The position numbers and the translations under genes are program-made. Below the pieces are notes generated by a model. That model saw nothing but the letters and a program-made list of their open reading frames with translations, was not told where the DNA came from and ran no database searches. 64,000 bases of DNA from the human T2T-CHM13v2.0 reference genome, Homo sapiens, in the NCBI GenBank assembly GCA_009914755.4, contig CP068257.2, positions 20,192,001 to 20,256,000 of the forward strand, in the 5' to 3' direction. Below are positions 42,468 to 55,900 of the stretch, in pieces (within the stretch, counting starts at the first letter, position 1; every line of letters starts with the position of its first letter).

Positions 42468-45349
42468 AGTATGCCTTCTTTTGAGAAATGTCAATTCAGA
42501 ACTTTTGCACATTTTAAATCAGATTATTAGATTTGTTTTTCCTATAGAGTTTTTGAGCTCCTTACATATTATGGTTATTAATCCCTTGTCAAATGGATAG
42601 TTGGCAAATATCTTCTCCCATTCTGTGTGCTGTCTCTTCACTTTGTTGTTTGTTTCCTTTGCTGTGCAGAAACTTTTTAACTTGATGTTATTCCATTTGT
42701 TCATTTTTGCTTTGTTTTCCTGTGCTGTTGGAGTAATACTCAATAAATCTTTGCCGAGACTAATGTCCTCGAGGGTTTACCTAGTGTTTTATTTTAATAG
42801 TTTCATAGTTTGAGGGCTTAGATTTAAATCTTTGATCTGGATTTAGTTTTTGCATATGGTGAGAGATAGGGTCTAGTTTCATTCTTCTGCATATGGATAT
42901 TCAGTTTTTCCAGCGCCATTTATTGAAGAGACTGTTCTTTACACAAACTATATTCTTGACAGCTTCATAAGAAACAAGTTCACTGTAGATGTATGGATTT
43001 AGTTCTGAGTTTTCTATTTTTTTCTGTTGGTCTATGTGTCTGTTTTTATGCCACTACTACACTGTTTACTTACAATAGGTCTACAGCATAATATGAAACC
43101 AGGTAATGTGATTCCTCCTGTCTTGTTCTTTTTGCTGAGGATGGCTTTTGCTATTTTGGGTCTTTTTTGGGTCTTAAAATTTCCACGTAAATTTTAAGAT
43201 TTTTTTTTTTAATTTTTGTGAGAATGTCATTGGTATTTTGATAAGGATTGCATTAAATCTGTAGCTTGCTTTGGGTAGTATGGACATTTTAGCAATAATT
43301 CATTCTTCTAATCCATGAAAATGAAATATCTTTTATTTTTTTGTGTGTCCTCTTCAACTTTTTGTATCAATGTTTTATAGCTCTTATTGCAGAGATCTTG
43401 TACTTCTTTGGTTAATTCCTAGGTATTTTATTTTATCTGCAGTGTTTGTAAATGAGATTACTTTCTTGATTACTTTTCAGAATGTTCGCTATTGGCATAT
43501 AGAGATGCTACTGATTTTTGTATGTTGATTGTTTGTCCTAAAACCATAAACCTAAAACCTAAAACCACCTCTAAGGTAAAATACTTGTGTTAAAAAAAAA
43601 AAGGAAAGCGGGGTACAGTGTACATCACACACAAGGCCCAGCAATCTCTTGCACGTAACATTTACTACTTTGACCACGTCAACCTTATCTATCAAAGTAG
43701 CCATCCATTAATTCCTTCCCACACTCCCTTTTTCTTTTCCAGTTCTAACTTCTTATTGAAATAAGTATAATTTCACATGCCAATAAACATGAATATGTTT
43801 ATCAGTTCTAATAGATTTTTTTTTGTGGAATCTTTAGGTTTTTCTAATATAGAATCATATAATCTTCAAACAAGGACAGTTTTACTTCTTCCTTCCCAAT
43901 TTGGATGCCTTTTATTTTTTTCTTTTGGCTGATTGCTGTAGCTAGGACTTCCATTGCTATTTTGAAAAATCGTGGTGAACGTGGGCATCCTTGTCATATT
44001 CCGGATATTAGAGCAAAGGCTTTCTGTTTTCCCTCATTCAGTATGATATGAGCTGTGTCTGTTGTACATGGCCTTTATATTGTTGAGGTATGTTCCTTCT
44101 ATACCCAGGTTTTTGAAGGTTTTTATGATAAAAGGATACTGAATAATATCAAATGCTTTTTTAGTGTCAGTTGAAATAATCATATGGTTATTTTCCTTCA
44201 TTCTGTTGATACACTGTATCACATTGATTTATTTGTGGATATGGAATCATCCTTGCATCCCTAGGATGAATTCCACTTAGTCATAATGACTAGTCTTTTT
44301 ACTGTGTTGTTGAATTCAGTTTGCTAGTATTTTGTGGAGGATTTTTGCGTCAGTGTTCATGAGGAATATTGGCCTTTAGTTTTTTTGTTGTTGTTTTGGG
44401 GTTTTTTTTTTTTTTTTTTTTGATATGTCTTTGTTTGGTTTTGGTATCAGAATAATACTGGCCTCATAGCTTGATTTTGGAAGTACTCCCTCCTCCTTTA
44501 TTTTTCAAAATAGTTTGAGTAGGGTTGGTATTAGTTTTCATTTAAATGTTTGCTAAAATTCAGCAGTGAAGCCATCAGGTCCTGGGCTTTTTTTATCAAA
44601 AAACTTTTTATTATGGCTTCAATCTCTTTAGTTTTTTTGGTCTGTTCAGGTTTTGGATTTCTTCATGATTCAATCTTATCCATGTCTAGGAATTTATCCA
44701 TTTCTTCTAGATTTTCCAATTTATTGGCATATAGTGCCTCCTAGTACTCCAAAGATTCTTTGAATTTCTGTAGTATCGACTGTAATGTCTCCTTTTTCAT
44801 GTATGATTTTATTTATTTGGATCTTCTTTCTGATTTTTAATTTGGCTAAAGGTTTGTCAACATAGTTTATCTTTTCAAAAAGCCAAATTTTCATTTCATT
44901 TATCTTGTGTATATTTTATTTCAATTTCTTTATTACTGTTCTGTTCTTCATTATTTCTTTTCTTTTACTAACTCTGTCTTGAAATGTATTTGTCTGACAT
45001 AAATATACAGCTACTCCTGCTCTTGTTTGGTTTCTATTTGCATGGAATATCCTTTTCCTTCCCTTTATTTTCAGTCTGTGTGTGTCTGTATAGGCAAAAT
45101 GTGTTTTTTGTAGGCAACAAAAAATAGCAAGATTTGGATCTTGCTATTTTATCCATTAAGCTACTCTATATCTTCAGATTGGCGAGTTTAGTCCATTTAC
45201 ATTTAATGTTATTATTAATAACTAATAACTCACTACTGCCATTTTGTTATTTGTTTTCTGGTTGTTTTGTGGTGTTCTGTTCCTTCCTTTTTTCCTTCCT
45301 GTATTCCTATCAGTAAACATGATTTTCTTTGGGGTATGTTTCAATTTTT

Positions 45350-45737
<388 letters not shown>

Positions 45738-47851
45738 TAACATCTTATGATCTGTTATTTTAAACTGATGACATCTTAACTCTGATTGCAAAAACAAACA
45801 AACAAAGAAGCAAAGGGAAAACTAATACAAACTCTTCACTTTACCCTTATCCCCCTGATTTTTAACTTTTTGTTGTTAGTTATAATGTCTGCCTTGAAAA
45901 ATTGTTGTAGTCATTTTTAATAGTTAATCTTTTATCTTTCTAATTAAGATATAAGTACCTTACCCACCACAATTACAGTGTTATAATATTCTATGTTTGT
46001 CTGCATACTTACTATTATCAGTGACTTTGGGGCCTTAAGATGATTTCTTATTGCTCTTTGAAGTTATTTTCTTTCAGACTGAAGAATTCCTTTTAATATT
46101 TCTTGTAGAAAAGGACTGATATTGAGGAAAATTCCTCGGGTTTTGTTTGTCTGGGAGTCTTTATTTCTTCTTCATGTTTGAAGGATATTTTCATGAGATA
46201 TACTATTCTAGGTTAAAAGTTTTTTGTTTTTTTCCATCAGCACTTTAAATATATTATGCTACTCTCTCCTGGCCTGTAAGCTTCCATTGAGAAGTTGGCT
46301 GCCAGATGTTTGCAGACTCATAGAGGCAACACCTTAATGGTCTTCGGTACAATCCAGAATAATTATCTGGATTACCAGCAAGAGTCTTGTTCTCTTCCCT
46401 TTCTTTCCCCCAAACAAATAAGAGTCTTTCTTTCTGTGTTAAGCTCTCTGGAGCTGGTGGAGGGGTGACACAAGTACTCCTGTTGCCACCACCACTTGGA
46501 GTGTGCTAGGTCAGACTCAAATCCAGCACAGCACTGGATCACACCCCAGGCCTGTGGCAAGTACTGCCTGGCTACCACTGATATTCACTCAAGGTCCAAG
46601 AGTGATCTTGTGGTGAATGACGTCAGGCCTGGATCTTTCAATTTAATGCAGCAGCCTCCGCTCTGGCCCAAGGTGGATCCAGAAATGCTGATGAGGGGCC
46701 AAGGCCTGAAATTGGTGTCCCTAGGAGAGCCCACTCGTTGCTCCATCACTCTATCATCAAGCTTGTACTCAAGCTGTAAGACAAAGTCTCATTTACTCTT
46801 CCCTCTCCTTTCCTCAAGCAGGAGTCTCTCCCCATGGCTACCACATCTGGAAATGCTCTGGGTAACCCCCAAATCCAGTTCTATACTGGGTGTCACCCAA
46901 GGCCCACAGTGAATACTACCTGATTACCACTAAGGTGTATTCAAGGCCCAAGGGCTCTTTAGGCAGCAGGTGATGAATCCTGTCAAGACTGGGCCCTTCC
47001 CTTCAAGGTGTGGGTTCCTTTCTGGGCCAGGGTGTGTCTACAATTGTTATCTGGGAGCTAGGGCCTAGAATGAGGTGCCCTATTCTACTGTGTCTGAGCT
47101 GGTCTATAACTTGAAAGACAAAGTCCTTCTTACTCTATCCTGTTTTCTCCACACATAGATGAAAGGAGTCTTTCCTGGAGCTAGGAGTTCCAATGCCTGG
47201 GGTTGGAGGAGGGGTGGCACAAGCACTCCCCTGGACTCTGGCTGAAGTCTCACTAGGTCATGTGTACCTCACATCTGCTGGCTCTGAGCCCAGCACAGCA
47301 CCAGGACTTGCCCAGGAATTGCAGTCCTTGTGGCCTAGAGCATCTTTCAAGTTTATTTAGGACCCCAGGGTACTTCAGCTCATGAAGGTTGGGCTAGCTG
47401 TAACTCAGGTTCCAAATGCTAGGATGGATGATTACCCTCTGGCTAGGGCTGGTCTAAATGCTCACTCCCTGTGTGTCAACCGAATTTGCCCTGTGTTGCT
47501 TTCCGCAGTGACAGAACAGCACTGAGTTCCAATGCAGAGGCCCGCGCTCACTATGCTGTCTTTTCCCCAAGCACACAGATTCTCTTTCTGCACCACGTGG
47601 CCACTGCTGGCAGATGAGGGAGGGATGGGGTAGGCAGTTCAAGACTGTCTCTCCTACACTCTTTAGTGCCTCTTTCCTTGATATCATGTTAAATTTCGGC
47701 ACTGTGATTGTTACTTGATTTTTGGTTCTTATAAAGGCACTTTCTTGTGTGGATAGTTGTTCACTTCGATGTTCCTGTTGGGAGGACAATTACTGGAGGG
47801 TTCTGTTCAGCCATCTTGTTCTCTCACTCTATCTTTTAAAACCAAATAGTA

Positions 47852-48188
<337 letters not shown>

Positions 48189-50282
48189 TTATTTTTATGT
48201 AGCAGATACAATACTCAAATTTAAGGTTCTTCCCCAGATGTAAGCTCATTACTAGTAAAGGAAATTTTTAAACACAGAGCTCCATAGAGTGCTAGGTTTC
48301 TTTGTTGGTAAACAAGAGAATAAGGATGAAAGGAAACATTCTTGGATGCATTTTTTTCATATAGCCATCTTTTTTCTGGGGTCTAAGAATTACTGAACAA
48401 GGAGAGACATGATAGGAATGTTGTTTTCCATTGACGCATGATTGGCATGCAATGACCAGCAGCTACTGGCTTATCACTGCGTTTGCAAGCTTCCTTCATG
48501 GCATGGCAAAACAGGTTTATAATCTTGACTTTCAGTTATTTGTGATAACTTATTATATTGATACTTAGCATTTTGCCATCAAAGATGGGACAGAGTTAGC
48601 AATAGTGCATGCCCTCACTTTTGCTTTATAAGAAACTGGGATCATTTACAAATCTTTGATAAAAGGATACTGGGATCTATTTTGTTCTTCCTACTTCATC
48701 TAATTGCCTCATAACAGACACTCAAAATTTCCAGAACTTAACCCACCCAGACCTGTGCTGGCCCTTGCTTCTACTGGGTTATCAGAGCAATTGTTAAATT
48801 TTCAAGAATTTTGTAAGCTCTTCGATGTCACATTCACAACTTATATTGGCAATGGTGAGATTATTTAAAGGATGGATATTAGCAAACACCAACAGGAGCT
48901 CTCCATTTCCTTTTTCAGAAAGCCAGGTCTTCCAGCACACATTGAGCCTAACACATCATATTAGATTTACAAGGGATCTTTTGACACATTTATTTGACAG
49001 AGAGAAATCAAAATGTTTGTTACTTATTCTACTGATGTAGTTGGGTACAGGTGTAGTTATTTTATCTATTGGCACTAAAAATTTTTTCTTTGTTGGAAAA
49101 ATACTTTGTCCAATATAAATTGGAGCTACCAATTTATATTTGGACAATGAGAATCACAATGGTCTGGAAAGGGATAGGTGAAATGAAGTATTACTAAACT
49201 CCTGTACTTACGCCAGTGTGACAGTTACTGAAACTGGAGACCGAAAGAATGGCTTGGGTTAAGAGGAGATGACTGTGAGGGGGAAGGGGTCACAAATAAT
49301 ACATGTGAGTTATTATTAAGGAATAAGCATTTTCTAACATATCCTAAGATTAATATTACACTGAAAATGTAGAGTGTCTTTTCTATCCTTCTGTCTCATT
49401 CTGTTCCTATTGTAATTATTCTACTACTATGGTTAGTAGATTTATTGTCTATTGAGAGTAAACAGAAATTTTCAAGGCTTAATAAAATCAAACATATATG
49501 TCATATCAAATCAAAACAAATGTGAGTATGTCTGAGAGAGAGAATTTCAGAAGTTAATCCAGTAAAATTTTGTTTGTGTTATACAAAGTAATGCATTGTG
49601 TTTAGGGTTTTTGATTTCTGATCTAATATCTGATGGTTACTTTACTTTATCTAAGTGTTTATTTATTTGATAACTTGGTAAATAATATCTTCAATATGAT
49701 CTCAGAATTTTAATCTATAAAATAGAATTAGCAAAAAATACTTTTGTAGCTTACATTGACATCCTAATTATATGGAAGGATACTCTGAATGGTTTCATTA
49801 ATATATTAAGTCTTCTCAGCAAATGCTTCCCCATGATGAAAGCTGACATTTATAATCAACCTCTAATATCACATTTCTACAGACTTATTCCTTTGCTTAC
49901 ATTTATTAGAGTGCATTTGAATAATTTACCTTCTAATTTTTCAGCTAACATCTGTGCAAAAAAATTTTAATAAGCTAGAGGAAAGAAAATAGCCACCAAA
50001 ATAGATTGCCTCCTTTAACACAAAACACTGTTTTAGAGAAGTAGCATATGAGAAATTACTGTGAAAAGGACATAATTTCACTATTTATTCAGTTTTAAAT
50101 ACTCTATGTTGTAGTTCATATATAACATAAATAGCTCTGTGAAAGGAAGAAAAACTATATTTTAGATACTTCAGAGGTTATTAGGCTCAGAAAACCCTGG
50201 GAAAATGAACTTGAATCTATGGAAATATTTGTTAATCTCACAAATCTACCAGTTCTTTTCTCCACTCGAAAGTTAATTCATA

Positions 50283-50640
50283 TACACCATGAAATACTAT
50301 GCAGGCATAAAAAAAGAATGAGATCATGTCCTTTGCAGGGGGAGCTGGAGACCATAATTCTTAGCAAACTAACACAGTAACAGAAAAGCAAATACTACAT
50401 GATCTCTTATAAGCGGGAGCTAAATGATGAGAACACATGGACACAAAAAGGGAAACAATGAACACTGGAGATTACTGGATGGTGGAGTGTGAGAGGAGGG
50501 AGAGGATCAGGGAAAATAACTAATGGGTACTAGGCTTAATACCTGGGTGATCAAATAATCTGTACCACAAAGCCCCATGACTTAGATTTACCTATATAAC
50601 AAACCTGCACATGTACCCCTGAACTTAAAATAAAAGTTAC
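50283..50640 (+). mobile_element. L1 3' end fragment (L1PA-like)
   Basis: catgaaatactatgcaggcataaaaaaagaatgagatcatgtcctttgcagggggagctggagaccataattcttagcaaactaacacagtaacagaaaagcaaatactacatgatctcttataagcgggagctaaatgatgagaacacatggacacaaaaagggaaacaatgaacactggagattactggatggtggagtgtgagaggagggagaggatcagggaaaataactaatgggtactaggc...cctgaacttaaaataaaag. Confidence 0.85.
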
Positions 50641-50739
50641 ACAAAGAGCTAAGCATCCTGGGAGAAAAAATTCAAAATTTTTGAGTAAGCTTCATACAAT
50701 TTTCCACAGCAGCTGAACCATTTTACTTCCCAATGAATT

Positions 50740-51435
50740 TGCCAACTCTTACCTTTTGTTTCCCTTTATAATAGCCATCCTAATAGATGAGATGACATCT
50801 CACTATGGTTTTGATTTGCAATTCTCTAACAGTTAGTGTTGTTAAGCATTTCTCATATACCTTTTGGCAATGTGTATGTCTTCTTTGGAAAAATGTCTGT
50901 CATATAATCCAACAATCCCACTTCTGTGTTTTTATCCAAAACAATTGAAATCAAGATCTCCAAGAGATGTCTGCATTTTCATGATTATTACAGCATTATT
51001 TACAATACACATGATATGGAAACTAATGTCCATCAATAGATAAGCAAATATAGCAAATGTGGCATATACATACAATAAAATATTATTTGGCCTTAAAAAT
51101 AAGAAAATTCTGTCATATATGACAACATGGATGAATTTGGGGTACATTATGCTAGGTGAAATAAGACAGTCACAGAAGGACAAACTGCACTTTTCCCCTT
51201 ATACGAATTATCTGTAATAGACTCATAGAAACAGAAACGAGAATGGTGCTTGTCAAGTGCTGAGGGATGGGGGAAATGGGGAGTTGCTGTTCAACAGGTA
51301 TAAAGCTTCAGTTATGCAAGATGAGTAAGTTCTAAACCTCTGTTCACCATAGCACCTATAGTTAATATTACTGCATTGTGTATTTAAATTTTTGTTAAGA
51401 CTGTAGATCTCACGCTAAGTGTTCCAACTACAATA
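50740..51435 (+). mobile_element. old (L1M-type) L1 3' end with a short 5' inversion: antisense ORF2 piece 50740-50905, sense ORF2 C-terminus plus 3'UTR 50905-51435
   Basis: The antisense piece reads gatgagatgacatctcactatggttttgatttgcaattctctaacagttagtgttgttaagcatttctcatataccttttggcaatgtgtatgtcttctttggaaaaatgtctgtcat. The sense piece reads ccaacaatcccacttctgtgtttttatccaaaacaattgaaatcaagatctccaagagatgtctgcattttcatgattattacagcattatttacaatacacatgatatggaaactaatgtccatcaatagataagcaaatatagcaaatgtggcatatacatacaataaaatattatttggccttaaaaataagaaaattctgtcatatatgacaacatggatgaatttggggtacattatgctaggtgaaataagacagtcacagaaggacaaactgcac...gagaatggtgcttgtcaagtgctgagggatgggggaaatggggagttgctgttcaacaggtataaagcttcagttatgcaagatgagtaagttctaaac, which is the characteristic L1M 3' end. 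Confidence 0.75.
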
Positions 51436-52235
51436 AAGAAGTCAATTCACAGTGAATATATCATTATAAATAGATATTTATATTTTCTCTGTGAAGCTTC
51501 ATGTAATATTAACTAACTTCTTAAGAAAATTTAATGGTCTTCCAGCTACCTGCTCTGTCACATTCTTAAGTGCTTTAATTGGGGATGTTACAGCCACCAC
51601 CACAATATGGAGGAGCTACTTTCAAGTTTCATCATATTTGCAAGTTTTATATTATGTATAATTTTTTTAAAAGTTCACTCTTCTAACAAAATAACTGTAT
51701 TGAGAGGATCCAGTGATTATGAAAGAAGGCTCAGTCAGAAATCCTTAAACTATCTTTAGCAAAGATCCTCTGGTATGTAGTAACAGAATCAGGGTAATAT
51801 CAATAGGAAGAATCCAGTACAACAGAAATAAATAGACATTAGCTGTTTTCTCAGTAATTATGTAGGAAAAAGGGACCAAGACTCTCAGTAATGGAGGCAA
51901 TAGATTTTATCTTTAAAAACAAGGAAACTTGGTTGTATATTCCTAATCTTGCCTTGTAAAACTATGTCTACCGTGTTAATATTATTAACTGATTGACTTG
52001 AATCCTTGATGATATTGTTTGTCAGTCATAATTCTTTGCGTTACTCTCATTTCAGCTAGGTATTCTGATGATGTACAGACACATATACCCATACACAACT
52101 CACAGCATTACGGCTTACTAAATAGAACTCCAAGCTAATAATGCCTTTGACGTTATTATTGCATACTTTTCCTTGTTAAAAATATTAAGGAGAGAAAAAT
52201 AGTGTGGGCAGACTCGTAATTATAAAGCCACAGTC

Positions 52236-52546
52236 GGCTGGGCGCGGTGGCTCACACCTGTAATCCCAGAATTTTGGAAGGCCGAGGTGGGCAGATCACG
52301 AGGTCAGGGGTTCAAGACCAGCCTGGCCAACATGGTGAAACCTCATCTCTACTAAAAATAAAAAAATTAGCCAGGCATTGTGCCAGGCACCTGTAATCCC
52401 AGCTACTACATCAGGTAAACTCAGGAGGCTGAGGCAGGAGAATCACTTGAAACCAGAAGGCAGAGGCTGCAGTGAGCTAAGATCGCGCCACTGCACTCCA
52501 GCCTGGGCGAAAGAGCGAAACTTCGTCTCAAAAAAAGAAAAAAAAT
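52236..52546 (+). mobile_element. Alu (AluS-like) with A-rich tail
   Basis: ggctgggcgcggtggctcacacctgtaatcccagaattttggaaggccgaggtgggcagatcacgaggtcaggggttcaagaccagcctggccaacatggtgaaacctcatctctactaaaaataaaaaaattagccagg...cttcgtctcaaaaaaagaaaaaaaa. Confidence 0.92.
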
Positions 52547-52879
52547 AGATAGTCTCGGATTACTGTCCATCACTTTTGAATCAATCAAAGCTATCTCACA
52601 AATGTTACTTTAGAAGTTGTACCTTCTATTTTTTTAAGGAAGTCAATTTAGCATCGTGTAGCTGAAGAAGGTGTATATCTGTGACATGCAGGGAGAAATA
52701 CAAAAAAAAAAAAGAATTCTGCATTTGAGGACAAACATGTTTCTAGAAAATAATTTTGTACCTCCCGGCTTAATTGCTAACCATATTTCAGGACTTTTAG
52801 TTCTTCCCTTGACATTTAGAATTCAGCCTTGAAATAATAAATATGAATTAGAGCCAGAAAACTTCTCCTGTTCCTGTCC

Positions 52880-52953
52880 TTGAAGTTTCTGTTACTTCCC
52901 AGAGTTTAATCCGCCCTTGAGGTTTCTGTTACTTCCCAGAGTTTAATCTTCTC
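52880..52953. repeat. tandem duplication, 2 copies of a 37-bp unit
   Basis: ttgaagtttctgttacttcccagagtttaatccgccc at 52880-52916, then ttgaggtttctgttacttcccagagtttaatcttctc at 52917-52953. Confidence 0.85.
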
Positions 52954-55900
52954 TTGGGAGAGAAATGTTACGTATTACTCTCCCTTTGCCTTGGATACTC
53001 ATCTATTTGGGTCAAGTTGAGGTAATCCTGGGTCTTTCTATACTGTTTTAATCAGGTTTTGTCCTGATGCAGTTGTGTTCCATGCCTCCTTCACTTTCTC
53101 CTAATTACAATTTCTGGGCGCTAGCAACCAAATGTCGATTAAGGTATACTTAGGGTCCACCATCTTGTAATCTACTCCAGTTGAATTCTCCACGGTTATG
53201 TGTCATTGCTGGTGGTCATAAACAACTTCTTTTGCTTTTCACTGCAGCTGCTTCAAATGTCACCATTTGCACTTCATCTTGCTCTCGTTCCATGCTCTCC
53301 ATTTCCCACATTTCTGGGTCTGCTAATGGCCACATTCTGGTAAGGTCTCCAAATCCAACTTTACCTGTAAGAGTCTTGGTCCCCTGATTCTAACACAAAT
53401 TGTGATGGAGCTCTCCTCTGATTATTTCTTCTGCATTGGCTGCTTTATATTGTTACAGCTTTGATTCTGTTGACAGTACACAACTTCTGATAGATCGTTT
53501 GATGCCAAATGTAATTTTAGCTTCCTAGGTCAGTTCAGTTCACCGAATATCATTAAGCATTTACAATAGTGCTGGACGTGGTGCTAAGGGTGGGGGAAAT
53601 AGGGACAAATCAGACACCATCCCAGCCCTGAAGAAACTATTAATTTGATTAGGAGGAAGAAAGGAAATTGCAAATCAATGTAAATAGTAGTTGATAGTTC
53701 TGATGATTTTGCTATTGCTTCTACTCTAGCCTGCTCCAGCCCCCACCTTTACTGCTACACAATCTACAGAGAGTCAATGTGGACAACCTTCACTAAAGAC
53801 ACATTACGTGTCTGATTAAAACAGGTTTGTGAAAATACAGCCTTGCTTCTGGACTCTCCAACAGATCATCAGTGTATCATCTTGTTCTCAGTCTTATAAA
53901 TCCTACATAATTATTTATAGCATGCCTAAAGTAGAAATCATTAAACTCTAAATGGCAAAGCAGACTTTACTTTTTTGCATATAGTACTTTAATCAAGTGG
54001 CTTTTTTATATGCTCTCTTTATGTGATAAATCAATAAAATCATCTGAGTCCTATAAAACAGTAAAATACATGAGAATTGTATTTTTATATAAATAGTATA
54101 GAAATTCAAAGTATTTCCTTAAAATTTTAAACTGCTATATTCCTTTATTGACATTGATTAAAGAATCATACTTCTCAGTGTGTATTTATTCTAAATATTT
54201 GCCTCACCTTTAGAATAAAGAGAGAAGTCGCAAAATAGAAGTCACAGACTTTACATTTCAATTCATTTCTGAAACATACGCCATCCTTAAATTTTTTTAA
54301 GCAGAGTAATAGCATCAGCTAAATTCTTCATTATCTATAATTTACACTCAAGTCACAAATTTGTATTCAAGTCAGGAATTTATTTTCAGTTCTTTGCCCT
54401 GAATAAGTCTATTATACTTTCTACACAATAATTTTTGCTTATGAATTTTTATGAAAGCAACTTGATAATATATTATAACTGAGTCTATATGCACATAGGG
54501 AATTGGAGAATTGTTCCTCTCACAGACGTACGCAAATTGAATAATAGTTCCACCTAAGATACCTGCCTATTTCAGGTCAATAGTCTTTTGCCTTGGATTA
54601 CAAATAATTTTCCAGTACTCTATTTGGCATGTATGGGCATGGTCTTAATCTGCCCTACCATATCTGGTTTCAAAATGCCAGTGCTTTTTGGTACTTAATA
54701 ATTAAATATGGATGATAAAACATTCCCTGGCATTAAAGTGGTACATCGGACGGTAAAATTCACACAGTAAGACACTAAAATTTAAGGTGATAGTAGCCAG
54801 ATGGCTTTTCTGATGTTCTAAAATACACATGAAGGATTTTATTAATTTAACCACCATATGGGACGGAGTTGAAATTAGTATCTACGGGCAGTTAAATCCA
54901 GATATAACCTGGATATAACAGTGTGTACTATTGCAACTTTTGCTGTTTTTCTCTCTGTTGACACTACATGGAATCATTTTAGTTCTTCTTTTCCATGTAG
55001 ATGCAGGAATAGAATACCTGCCTTCTGTCAGTTTTATATTGTTAAAAGTACTTAAAATCGAAATGAGAAAACACTTAGGTATACATCCAGAAGGTGGTAA
55101 TTGATTCTTATACAAATTCTACATCATTGCCTCATGAAATCTATCAAGGAACATGCGTTCAACAATTAACATTAATTTTATATTTTCTTTACTGGCTCCT
55201 GAACTATTTTATATCCAATATAATGTTCAAATTTAAAAAGCAGAAATATCAATTTTCAAAGTAACTGTACATCCACAGAAGAATATTAGATGTGGTTTTT
55301 GAAATGACATTCTGCTCTTGGATCAGCTGGTCAACCTCCTTCAAGTGTAATCTAATTTATCACCTGTTAAATTAAGGTGATGCAGCTCTAGATGACATCG
55401 GACCAGCAACTGGCTAACTATGACCCATGGGCCAAATCCAGTTCACAGTATGTTTTTGTACTGCCCTCATGCTAATTTTTAAAAAAAATGTTAAAAGGTT
55501 GTGAAAAAAATAAATAAGCAAACAAATAATAAGAAGAATATGCAACAGAAACCATATGCTACTAAGATATTTACTATTTGGCCCTTGACAGAAAGTATGT
55601 TAACCTTTGTACTAGATAACAAATGTTTATACAGAATTGGATCTGTAGGTTTCAACACAGATACTGGAAGGCAACAAATTCACAAATGTAAAAAATTCAC
55701 ACTAAAAATCACCCTACATAAATATGGCAGAGTTTTCAATTGAGTAATACTAAAAGATGAAAGTTCAATTGCTGAATACATATAAGCAAAGACAATGTTT
55801 ATCAGAGCCAGGTTCTATGAAATCCAATACAACAGATTTCTGGAAAATTCAAATTAATTATCAGTGTTAAGCTATTTTAATAAGCTTAGTTTTTCACAAT

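Noticed and set aside
46496-46912. 138-aa plus-strand ORF antisense within the L1 5'UTR, considered as an ORF0-like primate L1 antisense gene
   Set aside because: Known L1 ORF0 is about 70 aa and sits close to the 5' end of young L1PA elements. This ORF lies 0.9-1.3 kb from the 5' end of an old, decayed L1 and has no recognisable motif. It is most likely a chance open frame. Only ribosome-profiling data could revive it.
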